A stretch of DNA of 61,565 nt, the filler included, from Hausera hauseri (taxonomy: Eukaryota), in the NCBI GenBank assembly GCA_046269625.1. It is 11 parts of 11 records of this genome, joined end to end, with 100 filler letters (N's around TTAATTAATTAA, not from the genome) between each part and the next. Parts side by side here need not be neighbours in the genome. Positions count along the whole stretch, not along the records: positions 45,132 to 49,395 come from JBJURY010669330.1; positions 49,496 to 54,811 come from JBJURY010281839.1; positions 54,912 to 61,565 come from JBJURY010078327.1; 8 more parts are not named here. One strand, given 5' to 3'. The position numbers and the translations under genes were made by a program. This document shows, in pieces, positions 46,328 to 58,959 of this stretch (its first letter is position 1; each line of letters opens with the position of its first letter). The notes beneath the pieces are model-generated. The model saw only the letters and a program-made list of their open reading frames with translations, was not told where the DNA came from and did not search any database.

Positions 46328-49300
46328 TTAACATATAATGATTGTTGCAATAAACTCAAACAACAACATGAAACAGGAACAACTTAAAAGTCAATAAAAT
46401 TATTGTATTTGTAAAACTTTATAAACTTCGCGTATACTACAATGCTTATTTAAACAACAAACAAAATGTCCATATAAATTTGTTTCTTCCTATTGGGTGA
46501 ATGTGGACACCACACTAGACGTTGTACTTTGTCGAAGTTTTGTTCTCTACTTTACTTACTGAAAGTAACTCTGCGTATTGTGCTTGCGTATTTTGTGTTT
46601 GCTTGCCGAGGTGCTAGTTGCGGAAGAAAAATGTCGGATTGTGTCTGTGGTGCCCACATCGACCGGCGCCTTCTGGCCCATTCGGTTGAACACGGCCGGG
46701 CTTCCGCTGCTGACGCGTCGAGCACATAGGCGGGCCCCGATTTTCTGCCTCGAAACCGCACAATGCGATAACATTAAGTTTCCTGTCAGTTGCCAAAGGT
46801 TACAATCTCATTTCAAAGCCATGCAAACTAATCCATTTGTTCGAACGGAATTCATTCAGATATAACTTTGATTGTTGCTTGTATCGCTCAAATTCCGTAG
46901 GCTTTTATTTTCTCGCTGGACTATTGAAAATATGACGAAATGACAATCTAATTGTAAAACATTCGAGGTTTCATCGTGACCGTTACGTCAAACAGAAAGA
47001 TACACTGAGCAATATAAATCTGAGAATTCGGCCACGTATTCGAGTGTTATTAGCGGATGTCAAAAAGAAAATGACAATTTTCGACTTACATCCAATCAAG
47101 CATCTTCAATAAACGACGAAATAAGACAAAAAAGGAAAAATTGTAAATCGAGTAATGATCAGAGAAAATCATCGAACAACTGCAAAGCTAAACCAATTGC
47201 TCCGAACAATTTCAACGTTAATTGCTACCTTAATTCAGTCATTTAAAGTTTATCTTCATGTCCCGATGTTATGTCATCCATGGAAAAACTTGCAGAAACG
47301 TACAGTAGTTTGCAAAAACTGTCTCTTCTGGTCGACCTTTTAAATTCCATGACAACACATGACAGTCAGACCTCACAAAATATTTATCTTCATCCGGTGT
47401 TCAGCAACTGGAATAAGAAAAGCATCAACACACAAATCCAATCCAGTCAAGTCCTATCGTTATCATTGTCAGTCGTTCTCATCAGTTTCTCCATTAATCC
47501 ATTCAAGTAAGCATTTGCGCAGCCGCTAGTTCTGTCATTATTATTGTTGAATGCGTGTAAATAATCTTAGTACTTTGCAATATGGCGGTTATCAATTTGC
47601 ATCTCTACACATACACGTATTCGTACGTCACATCGTGTCAATGTCATTTTCAGCATCATTTGTTGTCTGTCCATTGTCATTTTATACGAATATCAACGTA
47701 CGTAATTGTGTATATATGTGTACGTAAATCTCCTTTATTGTCACAATATTTCTACTATCGATGAGATTGCATTTAGTTATTTTGCACATCACCATTATTG
47801 TTTGTTTTATCCTACATCTGTCTATTTCCATTGATTGTACGAATGACTGTCATTTTCCTTCTACTGCTGCTGTTATTCACGGAGGATAATTTATCGGCGA
47901 CCCATTATTTTATGGCCCTCTACAACAGATATACATTCATTTGCCGGTGACCATCTTTGTCACTGTCAGTCTCTCACTCAACTATTATTGTTCCATAATC
48001 AGTATATTGTCATGCGCCGATCATCCGCCCTTTGTTTGTTTGTCTATTTGTATCATACTGCGCTACTGTTGTTGTTTTGTGCTATCCAACAACATTATAT
48101 AGTCACTCGGATATTCTGCGATTTTAAAGAATTTTCAAGCACTTTGTTTTTTTTTTACTTTTCAAATTATGTTAATACAAAAATTATATTTGTATTGTTA
48201 TTTTCATTCGACAGTAATTTAATTTGTCAGTTTGACATTGGTATTCCCGCAATCAACTTTTGTGCACTAATTAAATATTTAAACAAAACTATTTACGGCT
48301 AGTTGGTTATTGAGTGCATTTCTCGCAAATGTGAAATGTATCATTATAATGTTATTTTATTTAGATAGATGAGGTATCAATAATTGAAACAAGCGTTTAC
48401 TGAAAATCTAAATTTTATAAAGTATGCTCAAATTACCCTCGACATGCACGCACAACCTCTACATACACACAAATTTACCATATCCAATATGCCATACTTG
48501 TCAATTATTATAATTTTCTCAAAGTTATATAATTTTCATCAACTGCATTTAATATCAAAATGCTACACACAACTTTATAACAAAAATTAATAAATTAGAG
48601 GCGTTCGGAAGAACCATCCAATGCCATGCAATGACTACCACAAATATGACCTTGAGATAATAAAACTAAACTGAAATGTGTATTATTGTTTGGAAATGTA
48701 CTTCTGAATAATTGTAAAACAATATTCTGTTGATATGGAAAATTATTGACTTATGATCATTATTATCGGGTTGAAATAAGTGAAAAGAGAGATCGCGCAC
48801 TCATTTATTTCAATATCAGAAGAGAAAATTATCTCAAAAATGGAACTAATTTACAAAAGTCAGTGGTGGTGCATTGCACCTCATCAAATCATCATTTTCA
48901 CAGTCATCAAAAAAACATGGAACAAATCAGTCATTAGTCCACTCATTCAGTTACGACCGACGGACTCACACACGTCCAATTACACACGAATAGACGACAG
49001 GAAAATACAAACCTCCAGCACACACATGATAGGTAGAAAGAATACACAAAAAAATTAGTCAAATAATCTTCAAAAATTTAATTACAAAAATGTCATAAAA
49101 ACGCGTTCCAAATTTATCTGAAATGGAAAATAAGAGATTATTCATCGTCGTCATTTTTATCGGCGGCAGGTCGGTCGGTTGCAACGACAAATCATTTAAC
49201 AACAGTCCATAATGCTGTACACATGCATACTACGGCATCATTACCATTATTCATAAATGCACGCACACACACACACACACAATCGCATGCACACAATCAA

Positions 49301-49497
49301 TCAATCAGTACTGTTGTTGTTGGCGTGTGTTGCTGTCGGCCGGACCACGACGGCTACGGTCGCGTAATACTGATGAAACAGTGTCGGGGGCGCGGNNNNN
49401 NNNNNNNNNNNNNNNNNNNNNNNNNNNNNNNNNNNNNNNTTAATTAATTAANNNNNNNNNNNNNNNNNNNNNNNNNNNNNNNNNNNNNNNNNNNNCA

Positions 49498-50035
49498 GGG
49501 CTGACTGGTAGTGGTAAAACAGTATTCATGCACAAATTTCTGGCGCATCTCCCGGACATGGTCATTCCCATCCCAGAGGTGAGTGGGAACCAATATATGA
49601 AAACATGAAAGACGTCAAATTTAATGAAGGTATTCCCGACGTGGAGCAATGGCGAGGAGACAAGAGACGTTTAATTTTCATTTACGATCTGATGGTTGAT
49701 AACGATGACAGAGTCACTAAATTATTTACCAAAGGCAGCCACCATAAGAACCTCAGCGTCGTGTACATTGTCCAAAACCTCTTTGGAAAAAATAAGGAAT
49801 AATGGACCATAAGCTTAAATTCCCATTACACTGTTCTTACCTGGGACGCTTCGCAGATTACCAGCTTGGCCAAACAAATCTACCCAGGTCATGGTACATA
49901 TGTACAAGAAAGTTTTAAGGACGTGACTGCCAACCTCACGGTTATTTATTACTTGATCAGGAAACACCAGACCATTTGCGATTATGCAGTGCTATATTTC
50001 CTCACAAACATCAAATTGTTTACATCCCAAAATAA
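49498..50035 (+). pseudogene. Polinton packaging ATPase (A32-like)
   Basis: Walker A GLTGSGKT, degraded Walker B LIFIYDLM, LFTKGSHHKNLSVVYIVQNLF. Confidence 0.88.
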
Positions 50036-50036
50036 C

Positions 50037-50355
50037 ATGGCAGACAACATGAATAAACACACTGAAATGTTGCAATTCGTGAGCGAGGTGAGTCCGGCCA
50101 CCGTCAAGACTGTTCTGAAATCGGCATCCCTGAATCTCGGTTGCCTCTCTTTGTGAATGTTGTTACAATGTGTTAAAAGGTAACGTTCTGCTCAGTCAGG
50201 ACCAGAAGCGTCATTTGCGTCGTTACAAAACGGGTCTGCGAGCCCTCACCAAAAAGAAGCTTTCAGTCGAAAAGCAGAAACAGATACAAGGCGGATTCAT
50301 AGGTGCTTTATTGGGTCCTATAGTAAACGTGCTGAAAGGCATGTTGGGGTTTTAA
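50037..50355 (+). pseudogene. Polinton small conserved protein ending in QGG|FIGALLGPIVNVLKGMLGF
   Basis: CEC..NVLKGNV.L...K..L.RYK..LR.L pattern and terminal amphipathic helix, typical of Polinton small virion proteins. Confidence 0.65.
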
Positions 50356-50769
50356 CTAAAAGCAATACGTGCCGCCCGACGCCGTGAGCGATAACTTGCA
50401 ATCTTTAGACAATGAAAAACAACATATTTTAGAAAGAGACGATTTACCGCCACATGACAAAGCCAGACTTTATCAACAAACTTTACCGCATTGTTTGAAT
50501 AGACTAGAACATCACAGACACAAATCTCTAGGGATAGTGGACATCAAGGAACCAACGCCGCTTCCCTAACCATTGAGGACATTTCACGACTGAATTTAAA
50601 GACAAAGTCTCTGAAATAAATCTGCAATCCCCGACGACTATTACCAAAATCTCTCAATCGTCGACGACCGTTACCAAAAGGCCGCAATCGCCGACGATCA
50701 CTACTGAAATATTACAGAAGGGGATCGTGCCCGCCTCAGCCAAACCAGACAGAATTTTTAAAAAGACTA

Positions 50770-51048
50770 CACTCCCTCATGGACAGAAAAGCTGTTTACA
50801 GTGTCTCGTATAAACCGAACGATTTCCATGACTTATGTGCTCAAAGATGACGCAGGTGAAGAACTGTTAGGTTCGTTTTAAAAGAAGAAATCCAAAAAGT
50901 AGGAGAGAAGGCAGTTTACAGAATCGAAAGCATTATACAAGAAAGGTGAATGGTACACGGTAAAGAATATTTAGTCAAATGGTTCGGTTTTAATTCCTCA
51001 TTCAACAATTGGATTTCGGGCAAACACATTTTGAGATATAACAACTAA
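50770..51048 (+). pseudogene. Polinton integrase C-terminal remnant with chromodomain
   Basis: LPSWTEKLFTV...TYVLKD..GEELLGSF*KEEIQKV...YRIESII...EYLVKWFGFNSSFNNWI. Catalytic core deleted. Confidence 0.8.
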
Positions 51049-51319
51049 TATGCCTGAAGAAGAAGGCACGACGGAAACTACAGTTTTTGATGTAGAGTGA
51101 AGAGAGAGAGACCAGTCTCATTGTGGTTTGCTAAACTAATTCCACGTGTAGAGGTCATCTCATCTCTCAGCTTTTGGTTATATTCATCGTCATCGGTGTG
51201 TCGCTATTCAATCTGACCAGAGGAAGTGGTGACTCACACGAAGGAAATTTGTGGATTGTCCTGCTGTTGAGTTGTCTGGACTATATGTTACCTAATTCAA
51301 AGACAAGACAGCAATAATA

Positions 51320-52073
51320 ATGAGTTTTTATGTGACGCTACCTAGCAATGAATCCATGTTGACTTTTCCAGATAACGAAGCCGGTCACTTTTACGTGAAA
51401 CAACCACAAACCATAGACTTAATTTCCAATTACGAAGTAGGATTGGCCGAAATTGAATTCCCAAATAGTTATTTTAATGTCTTAGAAGACGAAGTATGGA
51501 GAACTACTTGCCACACAAGAACAGTAACAAGCAATCATTTAAAATTACATTGAGTCCTGGTCAATACCATACCCATGATGCTCTTTTTGACGAATTAAAC
51601 AGACTGTTTCTCTTACCTGTAACAGGCAACAAACTGGCGGCATTGAACATCCATTATCTCAACGCTCAGAAAAAATATTTTATTGGAATGATTCGAGTTG
51701 GGTGCAGACATTATTATTAGCGGAAAGTTGAAAAATATACTGGGATTACCAAAAACCCATATAACAGCCAGTGACTCCCTTCTACTAGGTAAGGTGCAGG
51801 TGAATCTGGACAGTGATATGCGTAATGTTTATGTGCACTGCGGTTTAGTGCAGGAGATGTGATCCCTTTGTTATGCACGGTTCCAAATTTGGACAGAACT
51901 TTGACATCTGTATTTTGAATTTACGACAAACCTCACTACTTGCCTTTAAACCAGTGTTCTGTCGATACGGTAGAAGTACTTTTAACTAACGAGTAAGGTA
52001 AATATATTTCATTTACGAGCAGGACATCGGTGGTGACGTTACCTTTTTCGGGGACACTTTTCGATTTCCAATA
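51320..52073 (+). pseudogene. Polinton minor capsid (penton) protein
   Basis: MSFYVTLPSN.S...FPDN...HF.V..P..IDL..NYEVGLAEI.FP; later VYVHC, PLL.TVP and KPHYLPL. Confidence 0.85.
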
Positions 52074-52076
52074 AAG

Positions 52077-52508
52077 ATGGTCAGACACACCCCTTTACAT
52101 TGAAACGCCGAGGTATACGTAGACTTTTACCGCAGTCAAGCTGGAGATGGGATTCCCGTTTTTGTCGGTAGTAGACATCAAAGGGGGACAGGGATTGGGA
52201 GTTACTCAAATGGTTTATGCCGAATGGTCCTCCCGTGGCTAAAGACTGAAAGCAAAGCCTTACTCAGGGGAGGCGTTGGTATGGGCTTGCAAGTCACCCA
52301 GAACGTTTTAGCTGGTAGAAATGTAGGAGAATCCTTTAAAGACCGAACCAAAGCAGTGGGACAGAGACTGCTATAATGAGCGGTGGACCATGTGGCAAGC
52401 AACCAATCGGGTGATGGCATGCACCGTAAAAGAAAAGTCACCCCACCTGGCGAGCCCGTTAGTAAAAGAATAAAACAAAGAAAGAAACAGAAGATGGAAG
52501 TATTCTGA
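52077..52508 (+). pseudogene. Polinton basic core-like protein with repeated QxGxG motifs
   Basis: FYRSQAGDGIPVFVGSRHQRGTGIGS...QSGDGMHRKRK. Confidence 0.7.
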
Positions 52509-52525
52509 TATTTTTTATTTAGGAC

Positions 52526-53567
52526 GTGGCTTTGATTCACCCCAGCTCGTGTCAATGTCTCCATTCTGGTTTGGATTTATTTAGCGTACACAAACAGCTG
52601 TAGATGAAGGAAATTTGTAGAAATTCACCAACTCGCTTCTCTCACACGTGGGGCGCCCATAGAAGTTGCAACATCTGGAAGTGGCGAAAATTATTTTGAT
52701 TTGTTTAATACGTTTTTACACGTGAGCCAAAGTCACTCTAGCCAACAGCAACAACATACCTGACGATGCAGCCATCGCCCCAGTCAATAATTACCACAAG
52801 TGGACCTAGCCTGAACGACACGTTAATCATGCCATGCAAAAACACGTAACCTTACAGATCTTACCTCGACGCCACTTTAAATTATGGTCAGGAAGCCAAA
52901 AAGGTCACCTGATAGTGGTGTTTTTTTTACAATGACACACACCAAAGTTTTTCGAGATGCAAAAGTGATTCTAACATCAGACTAAAAACGCGTCGGGAGT
53001 TGGTCGGAGGTAGTCAAGAAATGGATATGATGGGAAAGCTATGCTCTGACATTTGTGCTCAAGACCAAAACTTGCTAAACTGGGTGGACGTGAAAATCAA
53101 ACTGACCCCGTCCAATGACGCGTTAAACCTTATAGCCGGCAATCCAGCAATCGCTTATAAATCAGTTATAATGTACGCCGTCCTGGTGGTCAGGAAAGTC
53201 AAATTAAATCCACCATCTCTCTAGCCCATGAAAAGACATTAACTACTGGCAAACCGTTAATCGCGGATTTTGAACATAACCGTTACGCCCGAGCGTTTTT
53301 TTTGAACCAATCTAGCTATGGGTCTGATCGGTAAGAATGCCGGTTGCGATGTTGACTACAGAAATTTTAAAAATGGTTACGCTTTTGATTTAAGTCCGTC
53401 TTTTGGATGGCGACCAGTTTTAACTCGTGAAAATTGGACTTCTTTCATTAGAGTTTAAACTTTTCTCCACGACGCCTGATCCCTTACAAGTCATGGTGTA
53501 CGCCAAACAAGATTCTATAATTGAAATTTCCAAGACTCGTCAAGTGTTACTGGATTACATCGATTAA
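52526..53567 (+). pseudogene. Polinton major capsid protein, decayed with deletions
   Basis: IHPSSCQCLHSGLDLF, GAPIE, YFDLFNTFLHV, YRSYLDATLNYG, GKLCSDI, VRKVKLNP, FDLSP. Confidence 0.85.
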
Positions 53568-53569
53568 AA

Positions 53570-54028
53570 CTGAACACTGAACAAATATGTAACATTTTTG
53601 CAATCTGACATTTTCGTTTGCCGACATCTCATCAAAGTCTTACCCTGCAATATGCTACCAAAATCCGTCGACCCAGCAAAGTCAGCAACCTTCATCGTAA
53701 ATACAGATTCCAGCAATCGTCCAAGAATGCATTGTACTATAACGGTGCTAGCACGTTTCACTGTTTCGATTCACTTGGGTTTCCACCGCTGCAAGCATAT
53801 ATTGCAGATTTTATTAAACGTAACACTGACAGATGGCATAATGTGCGACCATCACAATACATGTTTAGTAACACATGTGGACTCTATGTCATTTATTTCA
53901 TCCTAATTAAAGCCAGAGGGGAATCCATGCAACGCGTCATCATGCCTTTTACATCTACAAGAGAGCATGCCAACATAATTGTTTGGCTCCTCGTGCGACC
54001 TTGCTACGTAAAGACAATTTTGAAATAG
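53570..54028 (+). pseudogene. Polinton adenain-like protease
   Basis: FIVNTDSSNRPRMH, FDSLG, QYMFSNTCGLYV. Confidence 0.8.
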
Positions 54029-54143
54029 TTCTATAAATAACTATGACGTAATAAAAACCGGCTTGTAATGGTATCTAAGTAACTCAAACGCCCAGGGGTC
54101 TTTTTGTTTCAAAATTTTTACGCACTTTGATAACAACGTTTAC

Positions 54144-54677
54144 ATGACCGGTGATGCCGTCCTAGTAAAACCCATAGGGATGGCGAAATTGATTACGGTT
54201 TCCCCGTATAGAAACAGAGTATTGGTGCAAATTATGAGAAACTTTGCTGAAAACGACAAAAAGTGACGGACGAAAACAGCCATCTCGCTAACCCACAAAG
54301 AGTTTGAATAACTCACCGCCTTACAGAGTGACGTTTTATCCACCATAATTTACAAAAAGACAAAAGCAAACGATGTTCCAGAACGAGAACTGTTAACTGA
54401 TGCCTACACCGAAATCGAACCTCTACAGAACAGTATGGCGTTGGTTGACACTTCCAGGGAAATCCACCCATTACATAACTTTGAAGAAACTACGCAAAAT
54501 CCATCGAACACTTACAGAACTTTGTTTCGTCCTTTGATCGCTCAGGACAAAGCACATCTGATGAACAGCTACATATACCATCCCGCGATGAAGCCGAGCG
54601 TCAGCCCTACAATTGAGAGACCCTCAAAAAAGACCAACAAAAACAGCAGAAGGAACTCAGACAAAAACAGGACCTAG
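54144..54677 (+). pseudogene. PC4/Sub1-like ssDNA-binding domain protein
   Basis: IGMAKLITVSPYRNRVLVQIMRNF...*RTKTAISLTHKEFE*L resembles PC4 [23 protein letters not shown]...PGRKGISLNPEQWSQL; in frame with ORF 54435. Confidence 0.55.
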
Positions 54678-54913
54678 TGCCAAGTCCAGTATTACTACCG
54701 AATCTAACGTCTTGTCTTGTCTCGTCTTTGATCCACAGTCATCGAGCATCAGCTCCTATTGACTTTGATGACAATATGTGGTACTGTGCAGTTTTAATAA
54801 GCTGCTGTGGGNNNNNNNNNNNNNNNNNNNNNNNNNNNNNNNNNNNNNNNNNNNNTTAATTAATTAANNNNNNNNNNNNNNNNNNNNNNNNNNNNNNNNN
54901 NNNNNNNNNNNAG

Positions 54914-55153
54914 ATTTTTGTTGGTGGAGTACGTGTACCGCTACTCCGTGGAACTTATCCTGAAAGCAGAAAGTATACTGCTGGTGACAATGTCACTGCC
55001 AAGCTTGATAATCCAATGTACTTATATGTGGCATTTACATCTATAAACAATGTTAAAGTGAATATCCGATGTGACGTGGGCTACCTTATTGAATTTCCGT
55101 ACGGTACCACAACCAGTCTAACTCCTCATTTCTGTCGAATCCAAAATGATTGA
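54914..55153 (+). CDS. Minor capsid C-terminus
   Basis: FVGGVRVPLLR...NPMYLYV..INNVKVNIR..G.LIEFPYG...PHF. Confidence 0.75.
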   Translation: MFVGGVRVPLLRGTYPESRKYTAGDNVTAKLDNPMYLYVAFTSINNVKVNIRCDVGYLIEFPYGTTTSLTPHFCRIQND

Positions 55154-55515
55154 TTTCAAAATCGTTACCATTTACAGTAATCCCAAGCAAGGCGGTGAAC
55201 TGCCGTATTTCGTTGGTAAACAGTATGGCTTTCAATGGTTGCGTACAATGGCACGTTTAGCATTTCTGTTGTTGAAGCGTATGTGTGATGTGGAAGAAAA
55301 AACAGCACAGGATGTACTATATAAAAACAAATCGATTTTACCATCAGTGAAGGAGCACACCTTGTCGCAAATAAAAGTCGCTGCACCGAGAGTCGTTGAA
55401 TCAGTCAAAAAACAATTATTTGGTAGTGGCTTGACGAGAAAACGTGGATGTGGTAGATCAGCTAGCTTTTCAACTATAAACAAACATCGTCGGCGTACGA
55501 TTTTCGATCGATTGA
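55146..55515 (+). CDS. Polinton basic core-like protein
   Basis: KQGGELPYFVGKQYG..WLRTMARLAF...LFGSGLTRKR. The ORF track reads through to 55703, overlapping the major capsid start. Confidence 0.65.
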
Positions 55516-55534
55516 TTGACAGACGGACAGACAA

Positions 55535-56766
55535 ATGGCATCTACAAAATCTGAATTGTGTATATTTGACAAAGGCGCGACACAAGTTGTTATTGACAAT
55601 GCAGCATTTGAAGAAATCTAACCAGTTGATTCGGTTTCAACAGACGATAACATTGACATTTAATTCAACATTATGGCATCGGACAATGAATACCTGGATT
55701 TAAACGACACGCTACTCTATGTATAAGTCATTGTTAGAAAGGATGCATCAACGGTTCTCGCTGCAACAGACACTGTCACACCGGCCAATTACCTTTTCCT
55801 CGCACTGTTCCAGGAGGCTTCACTGACTCTAAACAGCGTCAAAATTGAAGGCAACACCAGTCTATACAGTATCAAAGCTCTCATTGAAACGGCTCTGAAT
55901 TACAGTACTGACACGAAAACGACTCATTTGACGAAAACCGTCGGATATGACGCCACTGTAGCAAACCGTCAGTCATGGGTGGCAAAGTCAAAAGCGCTTA
56001 CAATGTGTGGACCGCAGTACTTTGACTTTTTCGATCAGCCGAAATACCTACTGCCTGGTGTTAAAGCCATGATTCGGCTCAAACACAGCGACAATATCCT
56101 TATGTTTGAAAATCGCAGTTACAAATCTCAAACCCATACTGAAAATTACCGAGGCATGATTATACGTACGTCGTGTAAAGGTAGAACCATGTGCGCTCAT
56201 GGGATATCGATTGGGCTTGGAAACACAAAATTCCTGTTACCCATTACAACGCACAGAACTCGCCTTTTACACCATACCCAAATTTCGATAACGTTTTACA
56301 AAGACGCACTGTTTGGCGACATGCGATTGCCGAAATTTGTGCTCGTTACATTTCAAACGACTGCTCAACAAACGGGCAGTTATACCAGGGATTCGGAAAC
56401 GTTTACCCACAGCAATGTGAATTACATCAGTTTGAGTCGGAATGCGGATTTCGTTGAGACACAAGCCGGATTTCGAGACCGGCGATTATGTTTGCACATA
56501 TATGTGATCAATCGTGCGCAACATTGGTTTGCTGAACAAAAATGTCAACAATGGCATCGATGGATTTATTCAAGTCCACCTATCCATTCTTCACCTTTGT
56601 TCTGGCTCCACAATATGACGTTGAACAGACTCAACTAACTACGCAGAGAAACCTGAGACCGGAGGTTCACTTTGCTAAAGCGTTGGAGCAATCTACCATG
56701 ATGTACATTTACGGTGCATTTGATGCCGAAGTTGAAACAACGAAAAACGGAACCATCATTGTATAA
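55535..56766 (+). pseudogene. Polinton major capsid protein
   Basis: MASTKSELCIFD..TQVVID, EYLDLNDTLLYV, DFFDQPKYLLPGV, RLPKFVLV, NLRPEVHFAKAL. Confidence 0.88.
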
Positions 56767-56837
56767 ATAAATAAAATCCTCTGTGTCGTTGTCGTCGTCT
56801 TTGTCTTACTATGAAGTAATTTATTTTGATTACTATT

Positions 56838-57212
56838 ATGCTTAAATCACATTTTACATTTAGCTTCACTGGGCTGAGTCACTACAGAAAGCTGCTCTTG
56901 GGCGCGAAATTTAGTGATGTTTCCACTGGACTGTGTGCCGCGTGATTTACGACAAACTGGTGGCTTTATTGTCAATACAACACTTCATCGTTGCCGTGCG
57001 AACATTGGACTGCTGTGTACGTTCATCCGACCGTCGTCGAGGTATTCGATTCGCTCATATTTTACTACCCGTCATCGTTAGTTTCTCAAATTGAACGGCA
57101 ATCATTATCATCATACCGCGTTGAATACAATCGATTTCATTATGAACATCCAATGACTATACTGTGTGGATATTACTGATTATTGTGGCTCACATTACAA
57201 TCACTTTTGTGA
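56838..57212 (+). pseudogene. Polinton adenain-like protease
   Basis: GFIVNT, PCEHWTAVY, EVFDS, TILCGYY. Confidence 0.8.
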
Positions 57213-57914
57213 AATATGTATTATTTTGTTGCTGTTGTTTTTTGTGAACCGAAGAGCGAACAAATCGTGAGAAATAATATGGTATTTTCATTAATGTTAG
57301 CTTCAAATTTGGTGGTAGTCATTAGTTTGTAGGCAGACTGTCACCACCATCACCTCCTTGTGAGTAGTAGCAGTACTCAATTATGAGCTCGTGGTAATTT
57401 GTGCGTCATCATACAAAATAAAATTCACGATTTTTCTACAAAAAACGAACTCATTTACAACGATGATGATTTCGATTTTTTAACAATGCGTTTTTTCGGT
57501 CGGTCGGTTGCATTTTTCACCCGGATCCTTTCGTCTGATCGTGAGGCGGCTATAATATGAAATGCTCAACTACTGATGGGCTTCGTGCTCAACCCATTTC
57601 CACAACCAGCAGACTTGAACAATGGGAAATTTTTAGAGTTTGAAATTTTTCCATCAATTTTCCCCATGTTCCTATGGTCAGACGAAGTTGAAATTGTGCG
57701 CATTCGATTCCCAGACATTGATTTGACATTTACACCAAACATTGTGCAATTCGTAATTTGTGTCTCGTTTCGTAAAACATTTCCTGTTTTGCTTCTTTTG
57801 CTTCTAGCGCCGTCCAGTAAAATTTTTGACTCTCACCGCGCTATAAAATTTTTCTCGCCTCATCGAGCTCTACCGATTTAAGTCCGTGACATGTGCGACA
57901 CATGACATGTGCTT

Positions 57915-58047
57915 CCGACCACGAGGGGTCTTCCGACGATGAGACATGAAATGATCAGAATTGCGAGATAGGTGGGGAAAACTTGGTCCCAGGTCGATCT
58001 GAGCACTTTTAGGATTTGGGGTGAAGAATACAGTTCTACCTACTCAC
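57915..58047 (+). repeat. Polinton terminal inverted repeat
   Basis: ggggtc...atgaaatgatcag...ggtggggaaa...gtcgatctgagcacttt...ttctacctactcac matches 38670-38805. Confidence 0.8.
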
Positions 58048-58744
58048 AAATAGTTCGCACTTTTTATCAGAACATGGTAATCATCTTTCATAGCCAATGA
58101 TAAACCATATTCTACATCAATTTCTGTTCCTGCTGCTATAGCTATATTGTCACTAGAACTTCCTACAGCTGCTTCGTCATTTTTGTCCTGATCTATGGAA
58201 TTTTTTATGATGCAAAACTTTTACTACCGAAAATGGATTCCATGTACCAAATATCTTTGATGATCTGGATATATTTCAATGCCAAATTTAACCATAATGA
58301 ACGTATCATCAGTTGTACAAAAGCATTCGTTTAAACAACAAAATGCACTTAATAATAGTAAAATAATATCGGAAGTGATAAACTTGAAAATTAGTCTGAA
58401 GTTAGTAAAATACGTACTTACTTTTATGATTTAAATTTACCGGCATAAAACTATTTACCGGTAATTTGTAGAAACTCATTTGTCGGTAAAATACCTGTAA
58501 AAATTTATCGGTTTTGACACCTGGTTGCAAGACGTCCAGCATTTTATGCGTATATGTACGATATCACCCTAACACGTATGGTAGATATTCACTTTATCTC
58601 CAATCCAAACATGACTGCATAAAAATTTCGGCAGTATGTTAGGTGGCAAGACTCCAAAAATGTGTTTGATTGTGGCAGGAAAGTTTGTATTATATCTTAA
58701 ATTGAATCCAAATCGACTTATGACTTAAATAAATAAGTAAAATT

Positions 58745-58867
58745 AATTCCGGTTAATCCGGAATTAATATGGGTAAAAAGGATTTCCGGAATAACCGTAT
58801 CCGGATTAACCAAATATTTTATTGTACAATCAGGATTAGGCGGATTGGGATTAACCGAAGTTTACTG
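58745..58867 (+). repeat. End of a pogo/Tigger-type element or MITE with CCGGATTAACC-type subterminal repeats
   Basis: Repeated ccgg(a/t)ttaa motifs, ending tttactg|TA. Confidence 0.5.
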
Positions 58868-58959
58868 TATCAACGAATTAAACCTAGAATCAAAATAAAA
58901 ATGACATTTGAAAAAATATAAATAATCTCCATTTTTAAAACCCACGTGGATTTTTGTAA

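Larger units (their letters stand above)
49496..54811 (+). mobile_element. Polinton/Maverick lineage B internal segment
   Basis: ATPase, small proteins, integrase C-terminus, minor capsid, core-like protein, major capsid, protease and PC4-like gene, all on the + strand. Confidence 0.9.
54912..58047 (+). mobile_element. Polinton lineage A, second copy: penton end, core-like protein, major capsid, protease, TIR
   Basis: Homologous in reverse orientation to 30043-32238; terminal sequence shared with 38670-38805. Confidence 0.88.
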
